This document shows, one piece after another, positions 1 through 13,390 of a DNA stretch of 64,000 nt; the first letter of the stretch is position 1; every line of letters begins with the position of its first letter. Source of the DNA: Eledone cirrhosa (Eukaryota); assembly GCA_964016885.1 (NCBI GenBank), contig OZ024757.1, positions 16,306,001 to 16,370,000 of the forward strand, in the 5' to 3' direction. A program made the translations under genes and the position numbers. The notes beneath the pieces are model-generated. The model saw nothing but the letters and a program-made list of their open reading frames with translations. It was not told the DNA's origin and ran no database searches.

Positions 1-1400
1 GGGGTGACAATGGTCGTTATGGTGGTGGTGGTGGGGTGACAATGGTCGTTATGGTGGTGGTGGTGGTGGTGGGGTGACAATGGTCGTTGTGGTGGTGGTG
101 GTGGTGGTGGTGGTGGTGAGGTGACAATGGTCGTTGTGGTGGTGGTGGTGGTGGTGGTGGTGGTGGTGGGGTGACAATGGTCGTTATGGTGGTGGTGGTG
201 GTGGTGGTGGTGGTGGTGGCGGGGTGGCAATGGTCGTTATGGTGGTGGTGGTGGTGAGGTGGCAATGGTCGTTATGGTGGTAGTGGTGGTGAGGTGGCAA
301 TGGTCGTTATGGTGGTAGTGGTGGTGAGGTGGCAATGGTCGTTGTGGTGGTGGTGGTGGTGGTGGTGGTGGTGAGGGCTGCAATGGTCGTTGTGATGGTG
401 GTAGGGTGGAAATGGTCGTTATGGTGGTGGTGGTGGTGGTGAGGTGACAATGGTCGTTGTGGTGGTGGTGGTGGGGTGACAATGGTCGTTATGGTGGCGG
501 TGGTGGTGGTGGTGAGGTGACAATGGTCGTTATGGTGGTAGTGGTGGTGGTGAGGTGACAATGGTCGTTATGGTGGTGGTCGTGGTGGTGGGGTGACAAT
601 GGTCGTTGTGTTGTGGTGGTGGGGTGACAATGGTCGTTGTGGTGGTGGTGGTGAGGGCTGCAATGGTCATTGTGGTGGGGTGATAATGGTCGTTATGGTG
701 GTGGCGGTGGTGGTGGGGTGACAATGGTCGTTATGGTGGTAGTGGTGGTGGTGAGGTGACAATGGTCGTTGTGGTGGTGGTGGTGAGGCTGCAATGGTCG
801 TGATGGTCGTGGTAGTGGTGGTGAGGTGACAATGGTCGTTATGGTGGTGGTGGTGAGGGCTGCAATGGTCGTGATGGTCGTGGTAGTGGTGGTGGGGTGA
901 CAATGGTCGTTATGGTGGTGGTGGTGTTGGTGAGGGCTGCAATGGTCGTGATGGTCGTAGTGGTGGGGTGACAATGGTCGTTATGGTGGTGGTAGTGGTG
1001 GGGTGACAATGGTCGTTAAGGTGGCGGTGGTGGTGGTGGTGGGGCTGCAATTGTTGTTGTGATGGTGAGGTGGGGTTGGAATGGTAATGGTCGTTATGGT
1101 GGTGGTGGTGGTGGTGGTGGTGGTGAGAGTGGCAATGGTCGTTGTGGTGTCGGTGTTGGGGATGTGGACGGCTATGGTGGTCGTTGTGGTGGTGGCGGTG
1201 GTGGTTGTAGTGGTGGTGGTGGTGGGGTGGCAATGGTCGTTATGGTGGTGGTGTGGGTGGGGGTGGTGCTAGTCGTAATGATGGTGTATGTGTTTGTAAT
1301 GGCAGTGGCGGCGATGTTGATGATGGTGTTGGCGCTGTAGTGGCGGTGGTGGCGGTGGTGGCTGTGGTGGCGGTGGTGGGGGTGGGGGTGCTAGTGCCGG
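1..1400. repeat. G-rich minisatellite: (GGT)n tracts punctuated by a conserved GTGACAATGGTCGTT(A/G)T core
   Basis: The core GG(G/A)GTG(A/G)CAATGGTCGTT recurs about 25 times, separated by variable GGT runs. It continues off the window start. The His/Thr/Pro ORFs here are translations of the repeat. Confidence 0.95.
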
Positions 1401-1450
1401 CGAAGATAAAAAGATGACGAACGTGATAATTGTAGTGGTTGGTCTCGCTC

Positions 1451-1680
1451 TGTGTGTGTGTGTGTGTGAAGGTGTGTGTGTGTGTCTATGTCTGTGACTC
1501 TGTGTGTGTGTGAAGGTGTGTGTGTCTATGTCTGAGACTCTGTGTGTGTGTGTGAAGGTGTGTGTGTGACTATGTCTGAGACTCTGTGTGTGTGTGAAGG
1601 TGTGTGTGTGTCTATGTCTGAGACTGTGTGTGTGTGAATGTGTGTGTGTCTATGTCTGAGACTCTGTGTGTGTCACTCTA
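1451..1680. repeat. ~38 bp TG-rich minisatellite
   Basis: The unit TGTGTGAAGGTGTGTGTGTCTATGTCTGAGACTC is repeated about 5 times. Confidence 0.85.
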
Positions 1681-2277
1681 TGTGCGTTTACTTGTGTGTT
1701 TGTGTCTGTGCCGGTGACTGTGTGTGTGTGTGTGTGTGTGTGACTTTATGCAGCGTTTGTGTGTGTGCATGTCTGTGACTCTGACTGTGTATGTCACTCT
1801 GCGTGCCTTTTTGTGTGTATGTGCGTGTGTGTGTGTGTATGTGCGTGTGTGTGTGTGTGTGTGCGGCAATAGATGGAAGATATACGAATCTCAATGATTT
1901 AATATTTATAGAGAAACAATTCATAAAGAAATGTCACCAGTCTTCAGAGATGCTGTCGAAGAATTCCAGGCAAATGTCAAGTGAATCTTAAATTACTCGA
2001 CGAGAAATTCCTTGTAATTCGAGACAACAAGGGAACCTTTGACGCGGTCACTAGATATGCTAAAAATAACGACGCAATCTCCGATAAATCACACGCGTAA
2101 ACACACACCACCCGCCCTGGAGGTACAATAAAAGACATTGGATAATGTATTCCTGGATTGCATTCTGTTGAAAAGGATAAAGAAACGAGATGGCTAAGGC
2201 TGAGTGTTATTTAATCACAGACCTATTGAATCCAGATTGACATGGGAATAAAATCTATTACTACTAGTAGTAATAAT

Positions 2278-2692
2278 TGTTTCTACTTTAGGCACAAGGC
2301 CAGCAATTACCCAGTGCATTACTGGTACTTTAATTTATCGACCCCGTAAGGATGAAAGGCAAAGTCAACCTCGGCGGGATTTGAACTCGGATCGTAAAGG
2401 GACGTAACAATGCTGGAAAGCATGGCGTCCGACCCTCTACCGATACTGCCAATCCACCACCTACTAGTAGTAATAATGGTTTCTTATATAGGCACAAACC
2501 AGCAATTTTGGGGGAGGGGGAAATCGATTAAATCGACCCCAGTACGTTACTGGTGCTTTATTTTATCGACCCCGTAAGGATGAAAGGCAAAGTTAACCTC
2601 GGCGGGATTTGAACTCAGAATAGCAAGGGCCGTAACTCTTTGCTGCAAAGCATGGCGTTCGACTCTCTACCGATACTGCCAATCCACCGCCC
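2278..2692 (-). mobile_element. Two tandem tRNA-derived SINEs (family 1, MetaSINE-like central domain)
   Basis: Reverse complement of GGCGGTGGATTGGCAGTATCGGTAGAG (A box)...GAGTTCAAATCCCGCCGAGG (B box)...GCCTTTCATCCTTACGGGGTCGATAAAATAAAGTACCAGT...(ATT)n tail. The Meta-domain assignment is from recalled similarity only. Confidence 0.85.
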
Positions 2693-2727
<35 letters not shown>

Positions 2728-2757
2728 ATTATTATTATCATTATTATTCATTTATTT

Positions 2758-2946
2758 GGCGGTGGATTGGCAGTATCGGTAGAGGGTCGGACGCTATGCT
2801 GTGACGCATAGAGTTACAGCCTTTGCCATTCTGAGTTCAAATCCCGCTGAGGTTAACTTTGCGTTTAATCCTTACGGGGGTCGATAAAATAAAGTACCAG
2901 TAATGCACTGAGTAATTGCTGGCCTTGTGCCAAAAGTAGAAATAAT
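2758..2946 (+). mobile_element. tRNA-derived SINE family 1, full length
   Basis: Same consensus as the other copies, ending AGTAGAAATAATTATT. Confidence 0.88.
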
Positions 2947-3619
2947 TATTATATCATTTATTTATTAATGGTGACTAAAGCGTAAGACGTACAATTCTGG
3001 GCGACAAAAGGTTCGTAAATTTAAGTTGTTTGAATTGCTATTTTGTAATATATTTTTTTTGTCGATAAGAGACATAAAGCACCCGTCTTTGCTCTGAGGA
3101 AGGGAAACCCTTTGATATTTGGGTTTTAGACCCAAATATTTTAACTTTTATTTTAAATTTTTAGGGAATTTTTTTTTTTCTATAAACAAAAACAAAATAA
3201 CATGAACGAAATTCACCCTGGAACTTTTAGTTAGCTGTCGCGTGACAACAGTTGAAATGTTACGCTGGAAATCGTCTGTACTACCACTACAGACATGAAC
3301 AGTGTTACCACTACCACCACAGACATCGTCGTCTCCGGCAATAACAACAACAGTAGCAGCAGCACACTGGCAAGGCGAAATGAAAGCTACGAAAGACGTT
3401 TTCTTACTTTATCACCTTTACTAATGAAAATATTGCTCTAAACAACAACTATATTGTAAACATCACCACCACCACCATACCACCACCGCCACCACCACCA
3501 CCACCACGATACCACCACAACCACTGCTGCTACCACAGCGGCAACGGGAAAATGTGTAACAGAAACAAATAGGAAAAGCTGGAGCAGCAGCAACAACGAC
3601 GACGACGACTTCCACAACA

Positions 3620-4560
3620 ACATAAATCACAACATGAACATCAATAACGATAGCACTAACAAAAACAACAACAACGGGAGCCCTAACAGCAGCAGCAACA
3701 ACAACAACAACAACAAAACGAACAACGACACCACCAGCAACAGCAACAACAAGGTGAACAACAATAATGAGAGACAACAACAGCAAAATAGACGACGCAA
3801 CCAGCAACAGCAGGAATAACACCAACACATTTGCTGCCACGGCAGCTAAGGAAAGGCGATGTTTTCACATGGATCTAACAGATACAGAACAACGCTTGCC
3901 TCAGGCATGGAAGAAAATCAAGTGCGAAAACACCTGGCCTAACCTAAACGTCTTGACTGAGACAATGAAGGCGGTGGAGCTAAGAACAATTACATACAGA
4001 TGCATTTCGAGGCGGAGCGGCAAAGCGGAGGTGACCCCTCGAGCTGAAATTTAGGCCGCACTGAAGTCCATCCAAGATAACATTGACAAGAGGCAGGCAA
4101 TTCGATACCATCTCTGTGCTGTTTAAGTCTGAAGCCCTTGTTCTGAAACACTCCGTGGCCCCCTGTAGGACGGGCCAAGTGGCAATGTATCCGTCCCACA
4201 TGGGCAGAAAGACAGTCAGGGTCCGCATCCCAGGTATCCCACCAGGAATGGACTCGTGGTGGATCCTGGGATATGTGAGCGATGAGGGTACGTACGGATG
4301 CGTCGACCATTGAGGTCACAAAAACATCTTGAAAGGAATGGTCTGGGGCGGGTTTGGACATCCATGACCAAATAAATCCAGAACATATAAAAAGCATCCC
4401 AGGTGGCGTTCGCCTACAGACTGGGACAGCCATACAAATGATTACTGAGGGCAAAAGGACGCAGGTTTCGTCTGCAGCGAAACCACACACCCACAAGCCT
4501 TTGTCCCCCAGCTCAAAACGCAGCTGGCCGCGCAAACCTCCATTGCTGCCGACACTGGGC
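3620..4560 (+). pseudogene. Decayed Tx1-type LINE ORF1 fragment, paralogous to ORF1 at 44486
   Basis: An Asn-rich tract is followed by TITYRCISRRSGKAEVTPRAEI*..MYPSHMGRKTVRVRIPGIPPGMDSWWIL, which aligns by eye to TVMFRTISNKSKKPAQPSQSEI..FYPTYMGRRTQKIKIHTILPIMDIWWVL. It contains stops and frameshifts. Confidence 0.75.
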
Positions 4561-4763
4561 CGGATACATAGAAACGTGTTTCAGATTGGCCCAGTAAGGT
4601 GATGTTTGAGGTTTGATTAGCTGCTATTTCTAACATGTGGTGAACCCACATAGAGGTATTCCTGTTAATATTACCGGCAAAATATTCGGCTTATTTAAAA
4701 AGAAAATTAGCCCCTGTTTTTTTTAAAGCAAGACTTTGTTGTTCCCGCTTCATTTAATAAGTG

Positions 4764-4943
4764 TGCCTACTTTTGGCACAAGGCCAGCAATTAGCCAGTA
4801 CATTACTGGTACTTTAATTTATCGACCCCGTAAGGATGAAAGGCAAAGTTAACCTCGGCGGGATTTGAACTCAGAATGGCAAGGGGCGTAATTCTATGCG
4901 TCAAAGCATGGCGTCCGACCCTCTACCGATACTGCCAATCCAA
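4764..4943 (-). mobile_element. SINE family 1 with 17 bp target-site duplication
   Basis: CCCGCTTCATTTAATAA at 4744-4760 and 4944-4960 flanks the SINE. Confidence 0.88.
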
Positions 4944-5147
4944 CCCGCTTCATTTAATAATGAAACTTAGATCTTTTATTCCATTTGCATATATTTCGCT
5001 GTATCTCAAGATACATACATACATACATACACACATACTCACATACATACATACGTACATACATACATACATACATACATACATACTCACATACATACAT
5101 ACATACATACATACATACATACATACATACATACATACATACATACA

Positions 5148-5753
5148 TGGTGGCTGCCAACTCGTTTTCGAGTACGGCCACTACTTTATATCCATGTAGG
5201 AGAACCCCTACCGATGCGCTGAACGAGTGTGACTTTTTAGTCCAGCCAGCGACTTGAAAACTCTGGTACAAACACTACACTTGTGACAATTATTGACACA
5301 TAGTGCAGGGCCCATGGTACCATGTGACAACAAGTGCAGAGAGATCTCCAGATATAAAGCAATGCCTGTGCCGTGAAGCTTTTATAGTGAGCAAAGGCAC
5401 TGCACAAAGCCAGTCCCACTCTCGTAACCAAAATGATATTTACCAAAAAGAAGAACAAGTCAACATCATTGGATACCATCAGAGTTGCAGGTGTTATATC
5501 AGAGTTTTCCTTCTCCTAGAATTCTGCCTTGACAAAGGCTAAGGGGTCATCTCTCCCGGTGATTTTGGATGGCCATTGACTCTTAAGAGCTCCTTTGCCC
5601 TTTGACAGGTTTTGTTTTTAGTCCTGCAGGATGTCCAAAGTCACCCTCCTCACCAAGAAACCTTGGTGGGGTTGCCAGTTTAGTCGCCAACAACCCGACC
5701 ATGGGACAGGTTGTACTGGGATACATGTTACCAGTAGCACCAACTGGTGACCT
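5148..5753 (-). mobile_element. Bipartite RTE-derived non-autonomous retroelement (~600 bp), full-length copy
   Basis: The 5' part has the RTE-5'UTR-like TCTAGGAGAAGGAAAACTCTGA. The 3' part encodes a decayed C2H2 finger (CSVCTRVFKSLAGLKSH) like RTE ORF C-termini. It ends in an (ATGT)n tail and is flanked by (TACA)n. Confidence 0.75.
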
Positions 5754-5837
5754 GACATACATACATACTTACATACATACATACATACTCACATACATAC
5801 ATACATACATACATACATACATACATACATACATACA

Positions 5838-7117
5838 ATACTTATGCTGTGCCACAATACTTATGCTGTGCCAATTCTAACGCCAACATTTGGGCTGCTG
5901 AACTGGTCATTGCAAGAGCTAAGTGAGATGGATGTTAGAACTCGAAAACTTCTCAGTGTTACTGGGAACTTTAACATCAATGGTGATGTGGATAGGCTAT
6001 ACTTCTCACGCAAGGAAGGTGGCCGGGGTCTAAAATCAATATTAACAACATATGAGACCCGGATAGTAACACTGAAGCAACACCTTCAACAGAGGAAAAA
6101 GGTTGGCAACCATCTTGCCCAGGTTTATGAGCATGAAAAAAAAATATCATTAGAATAGCGACTGATCTGGAGGAGAGATATGGAATAAAGCCTGATATAA
6201 ATCTCTCACCCAGAGAAATCGGAAGATCCTATTCAATGTTCAAACAAGATTAAAAAATTGACCAATTTACAGAAAAAGTTGTGCATGGATACTTGAGGCG
6301 TAAAACACAGACCATAGAGGGGATAAACCACTCAAAAAGCCTGGCATGGAGTTCCGACAAGTTTATGACATCACACCTTGAGGGATATCTCTATGCAATA
6401 CAGGAACAAGAACTCCCTACCAAATATCTGCTGCACAAAAGAGGAGGGACAGCAGCTGACAATAAATGTAGGCTATGTAAAACAAAGATCGAGGATGTAA
6501 GCCACATTGTTGCCAGCTGCGAAAGAATGTCACCTCGCTACTACCTCCCCATGAGACACGATGGGATAGCTAGAACCATCTGGAACGCACTTCGGAAAAC
6601 AAAATTAACAACAAACGAGGAAGAATATATTGAGACAGATGGCACTAAGGAATACTGGTGCAACCTGAAAATAAAAACTGCCACCAAATTAAAGCACAAC
6701 CGGCCTGATATTGTAGTTTGGGACCACACATTGAAAACGTGTTCTGTTGTGGAGATCAGCTGCCCACTTGATGTAAACGTTGTCAGAAAAATACAGGAGA
6801 AGGAGGACATCTACGGACCATTGATGAGGAGTTTACAAATCCAGTATCCAAGCTACACCTTTAGCTTCATACCCATCATTATTGGAGCTACGGGTTATAT
6901 ACCAACCCGCTTAGACCAAAGTATGACTGAACTTGGATTTGCGGACAAAAAGCGCAGCTCCCTAATTCATAGTCTACAAATGGCTGCGATAGCTGGCACC
7001 TTCAAAACTCGCAAAACATTCTTGCGATTCAAGGGATGACAATTTCTTTTCTTTTACAACCTTGCCACCAGGAAGGTGGCCGGTCAAAAAAATATACTCG
7101 AAATTAAGAGAAAGAGA
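5838..7117 (+). mobile_element. 5'-truncated R4/Dong-like non-LTR retrotransposon (RLE type) in (TACA)n
   Basis: Motifs DVDRLYFSRKEGGRGL, CCHC knuckle CRLC-x8-H-x4-C, RHD, and the RPDIVVWD..VVEISCP..KEDIY restriction-like endonuclease. The 3' UTR runs into (TACA)n. Confidence 0.88.
6281..7039 (+). pseudogene. Zn-knuckle plus restriction-like endonuclease domain of an R4/Dong-like LINE
   Basis: 252-aa open segment. The upstream part is frameshifted and the RT core is missing. Confidence 0.85.
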
Positions 7118-7241
7118 TACATACATACATACTCACATACATACATACGTACATACATACATACATACATACATACATACATACATACATACATACATAC
7201 ATACTCACATACATACATACATACATACATACATACATACA

Positions 7242-7272
<31 letters not shown>

Positions 7273-7307
7273 TCACATACATACATACATACATACATAC
7301 ATACATC

Positions 7308-8287
7308 GTGGCTGCCAACTCGTTTTCGAGTACGGCCACTACTTTATATCCATGTAGGAGAACCCCTACCAATGCGCTGAAAGATTGTGACTTTTTAGTC
7401 CAGCCAGCGACTTGAAAACTATGGTACAAACACTACACCTGTGACAATTATTGACACATAGTGCTGGGCCCATGGTACCATGTGACGACAAGTGCAGAGA
7501 GATCTCCAGATATAAAGCAATGCCTGTGCTGTGAAGCTTTTATAGTGAGCAAAGGCACTGCACAAAGCCAGTCCCACTCTCTTAACCAAGATGATATTTA
7601 CCAAAAAGAAGAACGATTCAACATACATACATACATACATATATACACACATACATACATACTCACATACATACATACATGCACACATACATACATACAC
7701 ACATACATACATTCACACATACATACATACATACATACTCACATACATACATACTCACATACATACATACATGCAGACATACATACATACACACATACAT
7801 ACATACATTCATACATACATACATACATACTCACATACATACATACATACATACATACATACATACATACATACATACATACATACATACATACATACAT
7901 AGTGGCTGCCAACTCGTTTTCGAGTACGGCCACTACTTTATATCCGTGTAGGAGAACCCCTACCGATGCGCTGAACGAGTGTGACTTTTTAGTCCAGCCA
8001 GCGACTTGAAAATTCTGGTACAAACACTACACTTGTGACAATTACTGACACATAGTGCTGGGCCCATGGTACCATGTGACAAGTGCAGAGAGATCTCCAG
8101 ATATAAAGCAATGCCTGTGCTGTGAAGCTTTTATAGTGAGCAAAGGCACTGCACAAAGCCAGTCCCACTCTCTTAACCAAGATGATATTTAACAAAAAGA
8201 AGAAGTCAACATCATTGGATATCATCAGGGTTGCAGCTGTTATATCAGAGTTTTCCTTCTCCTAGAATTCTGCCTTGACAAAGGCTA
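7308..8287 (-). mobile_element. Two 5'-truncated copies of the bipartite RTE-derived element (7308-7612, 7902-8287) in a (TACA)n array
   Basis: Near-identical to the 3' part of 5148-5753. Confidence 0.85.
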
Positions 8288-9119
8288 ATTGACATACTCA
8301 CATACTCACATACATACTCACATACATACATACATACATACATACATACATACATACATACATACATACATACATACATACATGCATATATATACGTGAA
8401 TACATACAGGCGTGCATATATACGAGCATGCATATATACATACGTGCATGCATACATATATACATATATGTAAACATACATGCATACATACATGCCTGCA
8501 CACACACTGTCAGTGATCACGTGAAATCTTTAAAAGAAATATTTTAATAATTAAAAACAAATACAACCTTACAAGGATTGACAAATCAAAACAGTTCTAA
8601 TAAATTAAGATGGTGGAGAGAGAGAGGCGGGGTGGGAGAGAGCGGGAGAGTGGTTGAGAGAGGGGGAGTGGCAGCGAGATGGGGTGTGAGAGAGCGTTGG
8701 AGTGGGAGAGAGAGGGGTGGTAGAGAGAGAGGGGGAGTGGCAGAGCGAGAGATAACCTTGGATATAATATGAACAATCTGTAATGAAGCAGGCAGCAAAG
8801 TACTTTACAATAATTGTTTCTACTTTTGGCACAAGGCCAGCAATCAACCAGTGCATTGCTGGTACTTTATTTTATCGACCCCGTAAGGATGAAAGTCAGC
8901 TTTACAATAATAAAAGAAAGCTGCATGATGGTGTGGGCACAGCGTAGCCGAATGGCTAATGTGTTCGTTTTGCAATCATTAGGATCCGTGTTCGATCCCA
9001 CTGCATCTTACATCTTACACAAGTGTCATTTTACCATAGCTTGAAGACTATTGCCCAGCTTAATACTACTTAAGAAATACTGCCCGACGGCTGAGCTCAG
9101 CCATCAGGCAGGACTTATT

Positions 9120-9166
<47 letters not shown>

Positions 9167-9171
<5 letters not shown>

Positions 9172-9423
9172 TGTATTAAACAACATAAGATAATTATTTC
9201 ATTTACCAGTGGTTTCTTGAAAGCAAACAAAATTTGCTTTCAGTCATCAGAATGAAAAAATCCTGGTGTATTTATTGACAGTGGATTTTAAAAACCTTTA
9301 AAATCCACTGTCAATAAATACACGAGGATTTTTTCATTCTGTTGACTGAAAGCAAATTTTGTTTGCTTTCAAGAAACCACTGGTAAATGAAATAATTATC
9401 TTATGTTGTTTATTACATAACTA
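9167..9423. mobile_element. Fold-back mini-element family A (~125 bp arms) next to (TA)n, carrying hammerhead motifs
   Basis: 9167-9290 is the reverse complement of about 9298-9423. Related copies lie at 31476-31523 and 53123-53263. Confidence 0.85.
9197..9257 (-). ncRNA. Type I hammerhead ribozyme (family A), intact core
   Basis: Minus strand reads UUUCAUU CUGAUGA C-UGAAAGCAAA-UUUUG-UUUGCUUUCA-A GAAA CCACUGG UA^ AAUGAAA. Stem I is 7 bp, stem II about 10 bp, stem III is short, and the site is GUA. The plus-arm copy (9332-9392) has a mutated core, CUGUUGA. Confidence 0.8.
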
Positions 9424-9483
9424 TTAAGCTCTGTTACCTACACAGAGCCTCTTTTTTCCTGAACCTTTCCGACGGAATTACTT

Positions 9484-9551
<68 letters not shown>

Positions 9552-9594
9552 AATAACAGGAGGCTGGACTGGTGTAAATCCTTGAAAGGTTTGT

Positions 9595-9656
9595 TATGCT
9601 ATGATCATTTCAATGACTGGGTTCAGTATGAATCCGGTGACATCATCAGGTATTCA
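9595..9656 (-). ncRNA. Hammerhead-like motif with degenerate stem I
   Basis: Minus strand reads GAAUAC CUGAUGA UGUCACCGGAUUCA-UAC-UGAACCCAGUCAUU GAAA UGAUCA UA^ GCAU. Stem III (UGAUCA) is palindromic. Confidence 0.55.
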
Positions 9657-9949
9657 AAATATAACAAAGGAATATAATAGACAAAATCCATGGGGCTGAA
9701 AATCAGAGACAAGGGGGCGACCGAATATTTAGCAATTTAGCAGCTTCTACCTCGGTCGGCCGCCCTCAAGTGCGCTCCATAATATTACATCGAGGTTGAC
9801 CATACACAATGACCAGTTCTATCCAGTGGTCAACCAACAAACCTAAATAAATATATATATGCAGGTGTTTTTATTACCAGCATGGCCCTCCCAAAATATA
9901 ATACTATATATATAATAAATTTAATATAGAAAGTTCGTCTCTGAGGCAC

Positions 9950-11275
9950 CAGTCATACATACCTGTCTCTCCTCCCCACGCCACTGATGTCGTCCAACTC
10001 ATTTGTACAGCTGAGTGATCTGGAGCAATGTGAAATAAAGAGTCTTGCTCAAGAACAACGCTAAGTCCGGTCTAAGAATTGAACTCATGACTTCACATAA
10101 ATACTTTGCGCATGCGCATTGATGGCGCTTGCGTCCTTGGGATACCTCTGTTTAGAAACATTTATATGGCTGCTGGAAGAACTTCATATATATATATATA
10201 TATATATATATACCTAATTTCCCTCACAAGGCATGGGCCGTTTCCACCTTGTGAGTGAAATTGGGTAGATGGAAATTGTTGATGGACTGTACCTGTTGTA
10301 ATTCAAGGAGCCGCCAGCCCTGTCATACACTGTGACACACTGATTGAACTTCAGATTTAAATTATGGGTACACGTGTCTGTGGAATGTACAGCCATTTAC
10401 ACTATAGTACAACATAGACTGTACCTACATTTGAAAAGGACAGCCGTGTCACGGAGATTGTCACGCTGAATTTCCCTAGGGTTTAAGTTATGGCTAATAC
10501 CCATGTCTGTGAAATGTGCTACATAAGTCTAAAGTCTGAGCCAAGCTCGTAGGCTCATCAGACCTGTACTTATCCCTGTGTCCATGGCATTAAGCGACTG
10601 AGAGCACAACTCCGCACTGGACAGGACGCCAGTCTATCGAAGGATTAAACCTCCAGCTGTTGCTGGTTGTCATTTTCAGATGAGTATACTGGAGCAACAT
10701 ATAATGAAGTATCTTTCTCCAGAACACAAAACACAACCCATCCAAGAATAACACCCTCGACATTATGATCGTAAGTCCAACACCCTTACTACTAGGTTTC
10801 CGTGGCGTGTGTGAAGCAACTGAGAGTACCCCTGGACAAGAGACCAGTCCATCGCAGGGTTAAACGCCCAGCTATGCTGGTAGGTATTTTCAGCTGAGTA
10901 TACTGGAGCAACGGGAAATAGAGTGTTTTGCTTAAGAACACGACACACAACCCAGTCCAAGAATCGAACCTATAACGCTATGATCGTTAAGTGAAACACC
11001 TTTACCACTAGGCCACGAACCTCCACTGATCATAGTGGAGCGATGTGAAATGAAGTTTTTTGCTCAAGAACACAACACCGAACCCAGTCCAGAAATCGAG
11101 CCTATGACGCTATGATCGTAAGTAAAAACACGCTTACCACTAGGCCACGCGTCTTCTGGAGTAAAGTGAAATGAAGTCTTTTCCTGAAGAATACAACACA
11201 CAACCTAGTTCAGGAATCGAACCGATGAAGCTATGGTTGTAAGTCAAACACCCTTACCACTAAGCCACGCGCCTA
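9950..11275 (-). mobile_element. Cluster of SINE family 2 (tRNA head plus CORE-like domain) copies, including tandem heads
   Basis: Repeated CAGCTGAGT(G/A)AACTGGAGCAA..GAAATAAAG..TCTTGCTCAAGAACAC..CCAGGAATCGAACC..ACCACTAGGCCAC, the reverse complement of the A/B boxes and a CORE-like GTGTTCTTGAGCAAGACACTT. Confidence 0.7.
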
Positions 11276-11712
11276 CCACCTACTCGTTAATTTCACGTCC
11301 AGGCTGTTCTGCTGATCAAAGAACTGGAATACTGCTCGTCGAAACCGACGGAAGACCATCCCATCATGATATGATTCAACATGGCGGCACCACGATATCG
11401 CCTGCAAGCCGATTCCCCGCTGTTCAATCAAGCTGTGTTAGCTGCTGTTTGGCTAGCTATTCTAAAAATATCATATATAACAAATGAACGGATAAATAGG
11501 TGTGGAGTGAGTGTGTAGGGGTGTTTCTATGTGTACAGGAGCATATGGATTTGTGTGTGTGTCTTATGTATGTATGTGTGCGCATGTCTTCTTGAATGAG
11601 CGTGTATATATGTGTACGTGCGTATGCATATATATATATATATAAATTAGAATTGGTATATATATATATATAAATTAGAATTGGTATATATATATATATG
11701 TGTGTGTATGTA

Positions 11713-11750
<38 letters not shown>

Positions 11751-11753
<3 letters not shown>

Positions 11754-12585
11754 TCATTATTACCATTTTCATTTTCCGTCAAGATTTTCCTTGCTTGCAA
11801 GGGTCGGACAGGTCCTCTTAGCACACCATCTCTCCATTCGTCACGGTCCTTCGTCATCTCCTTTGTGAGTTTCAGCGATCTGGGGACAGCTCTCACCACT
11901 TCCGCCCATGATTTTCGTGATCTTCCTCCCTCTACTGCTTTTCCTTTCCACTGGAATTTCTTGGCACTTCTTCACCTAGCGGTCATTATCCATGTGCATC
12001 ACATGGCCACACCAACGAAGTTTTCTCTGCTGGACACTACAGTTTATTCCTCTTATACTTTCACTCTCAACTCGTCTATGCTTGGACATTCACGCACATT
12101 GACATTGCACATCCATCGGAGCATGCTTGCTTCATTTCTCTCACTACCGTGCAGCATTAATCTTCCCACACAGGCATCATAAACCGATCTTTCGTTCGCA
12201 GGGAGAAACTCTTCGTTGTCTACAAAGGAAGCAGCTAGCTCCCTAAACTTCTTCCATCCTGTCCTTATTCTAGATACTATGGCCTCGGAACATCTTCCTC
12301 CCTTGCTAATTTGCTCACCTAGATATCGGAAGCTATCAACCAACACTATAGATCCTATCTGCATTTGAAAAATGTGCCTCACACTGATACTGCTACTACA
12401 AATTTTCCCTGAGGTTTTCCTTTCCTGTTAGTTTGCCTGCTATCCCACTACACCTCTTGTGTACCCAAGATCTGCATTGTGTAAATGTTATAGAGTTTAT
12501 GCCAACTCCTTTTCTGCATATCGCGCATAGTTATTTCCCTGGTGGAATCAGAGTCTTCTCTTTCCTACTTATCAATATACATGCA
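11751..12585 (-). pseudogene. 3' fragment of an RTE-clade LINE, decayed
   Basis: Encodes VDSFRYLG..SEAIVSRIRTGWKKFREL..MLHGSE..MLRWMC..LRWCGHV, with an upstream Cys-rich CAICRKGVG..C..WVHKRC. Frameshifted; ends in (TA)n. Confidence 0.75.
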
Positions 12586-12638
12586 ATATGGGTAAGAATA
12601 TATGTATGCATGTATATATATATATGTATATATATGTG

Positions 12639-13050
12639 TCAGGTCACCAGTTGGTGCTACTAGTAACATGTATTCCAGTACAACCTGTCCCATGGTCGGA
12701 TCGTTGGCGACTAAACTGGCAACCCCACCAAGGTTTCTTGGTAAGGAGGGTGACTTTGGTCATCCTGCAGGACTAAAAACAAAACCGTTCAAAAGGGCAA
12801 AGGAGCTCTTAAGAGTCAATGGCCATCCAAAATCACCGGGAGAAATGACCCCTTAGCCTTTGGCAAGGCAGAATTCTAGGAGAAGGAAAACTCTGATATA
12901 ACACCTGCAACCCTGACGGTATCCAATGATGTTGACTTGTTCTTCTTTTTGGTAAATATCATCTTGGTTAAGAGAGTGGGACTGGCTTTGTGCAGTGCCT
13001 TTACTCACTATAAAAGCTTCACGGCACAGGCATTGCTTTAGTTCAGCCAC
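12639..13050 (+). mobile_element. Internally deleted copy of the bipartite RTE-derived element
   Basis: Starts TCAGGTCACCAGTTGG like the full copies and jumps to the terminal CAGCCACCAT. Confidence 0.8.
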
Positions 13051-13390
13051 CATATATATATATTTATATATATATATGCATATATGCATATATGTATGCA
13101 TGTACATATATATATATATATATATATATGCATATATGTATGCAGATATATGCACGTATGGATTTACCGAACGTTTATTTACCGAACGTTTATTATAATG
13201 CTCGGTTTGTTTGTAAACAAACATCCCGTATTAAGCCGTACAGTGTTTAGCAACCAACGTTGCTCTTTTGTTCAACACTGACAAAGGAACGATGTACTAG
13301 TTTCAAGCTTATTAGCTATCGTCAGCACCGTATACCTTCCTGCCAGATAATTGAACGTCTGAAACTATATACTTTCCTTATGCATATTAA

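Noticed and set aside
17-1340. His/Pro/Thr/Val-rich ORFs
   Set aside because: They are translations of the GGT minisatellite in all frames, with no domain or splice evidence.
2758-2850. SINE heads as functional tRNA genes
   Set aside because: They have only A/B boxes without a full cloverleaf and are part of a dispersed SINE.
7062-8520. YIHT/MYVC-repeat ORFs, also the YI, ER and CV repeats throughout the window
   Set aside because: They are microsatellite read-throughs of (TACA)n, (TA)n, (GA)n and (TG)n.
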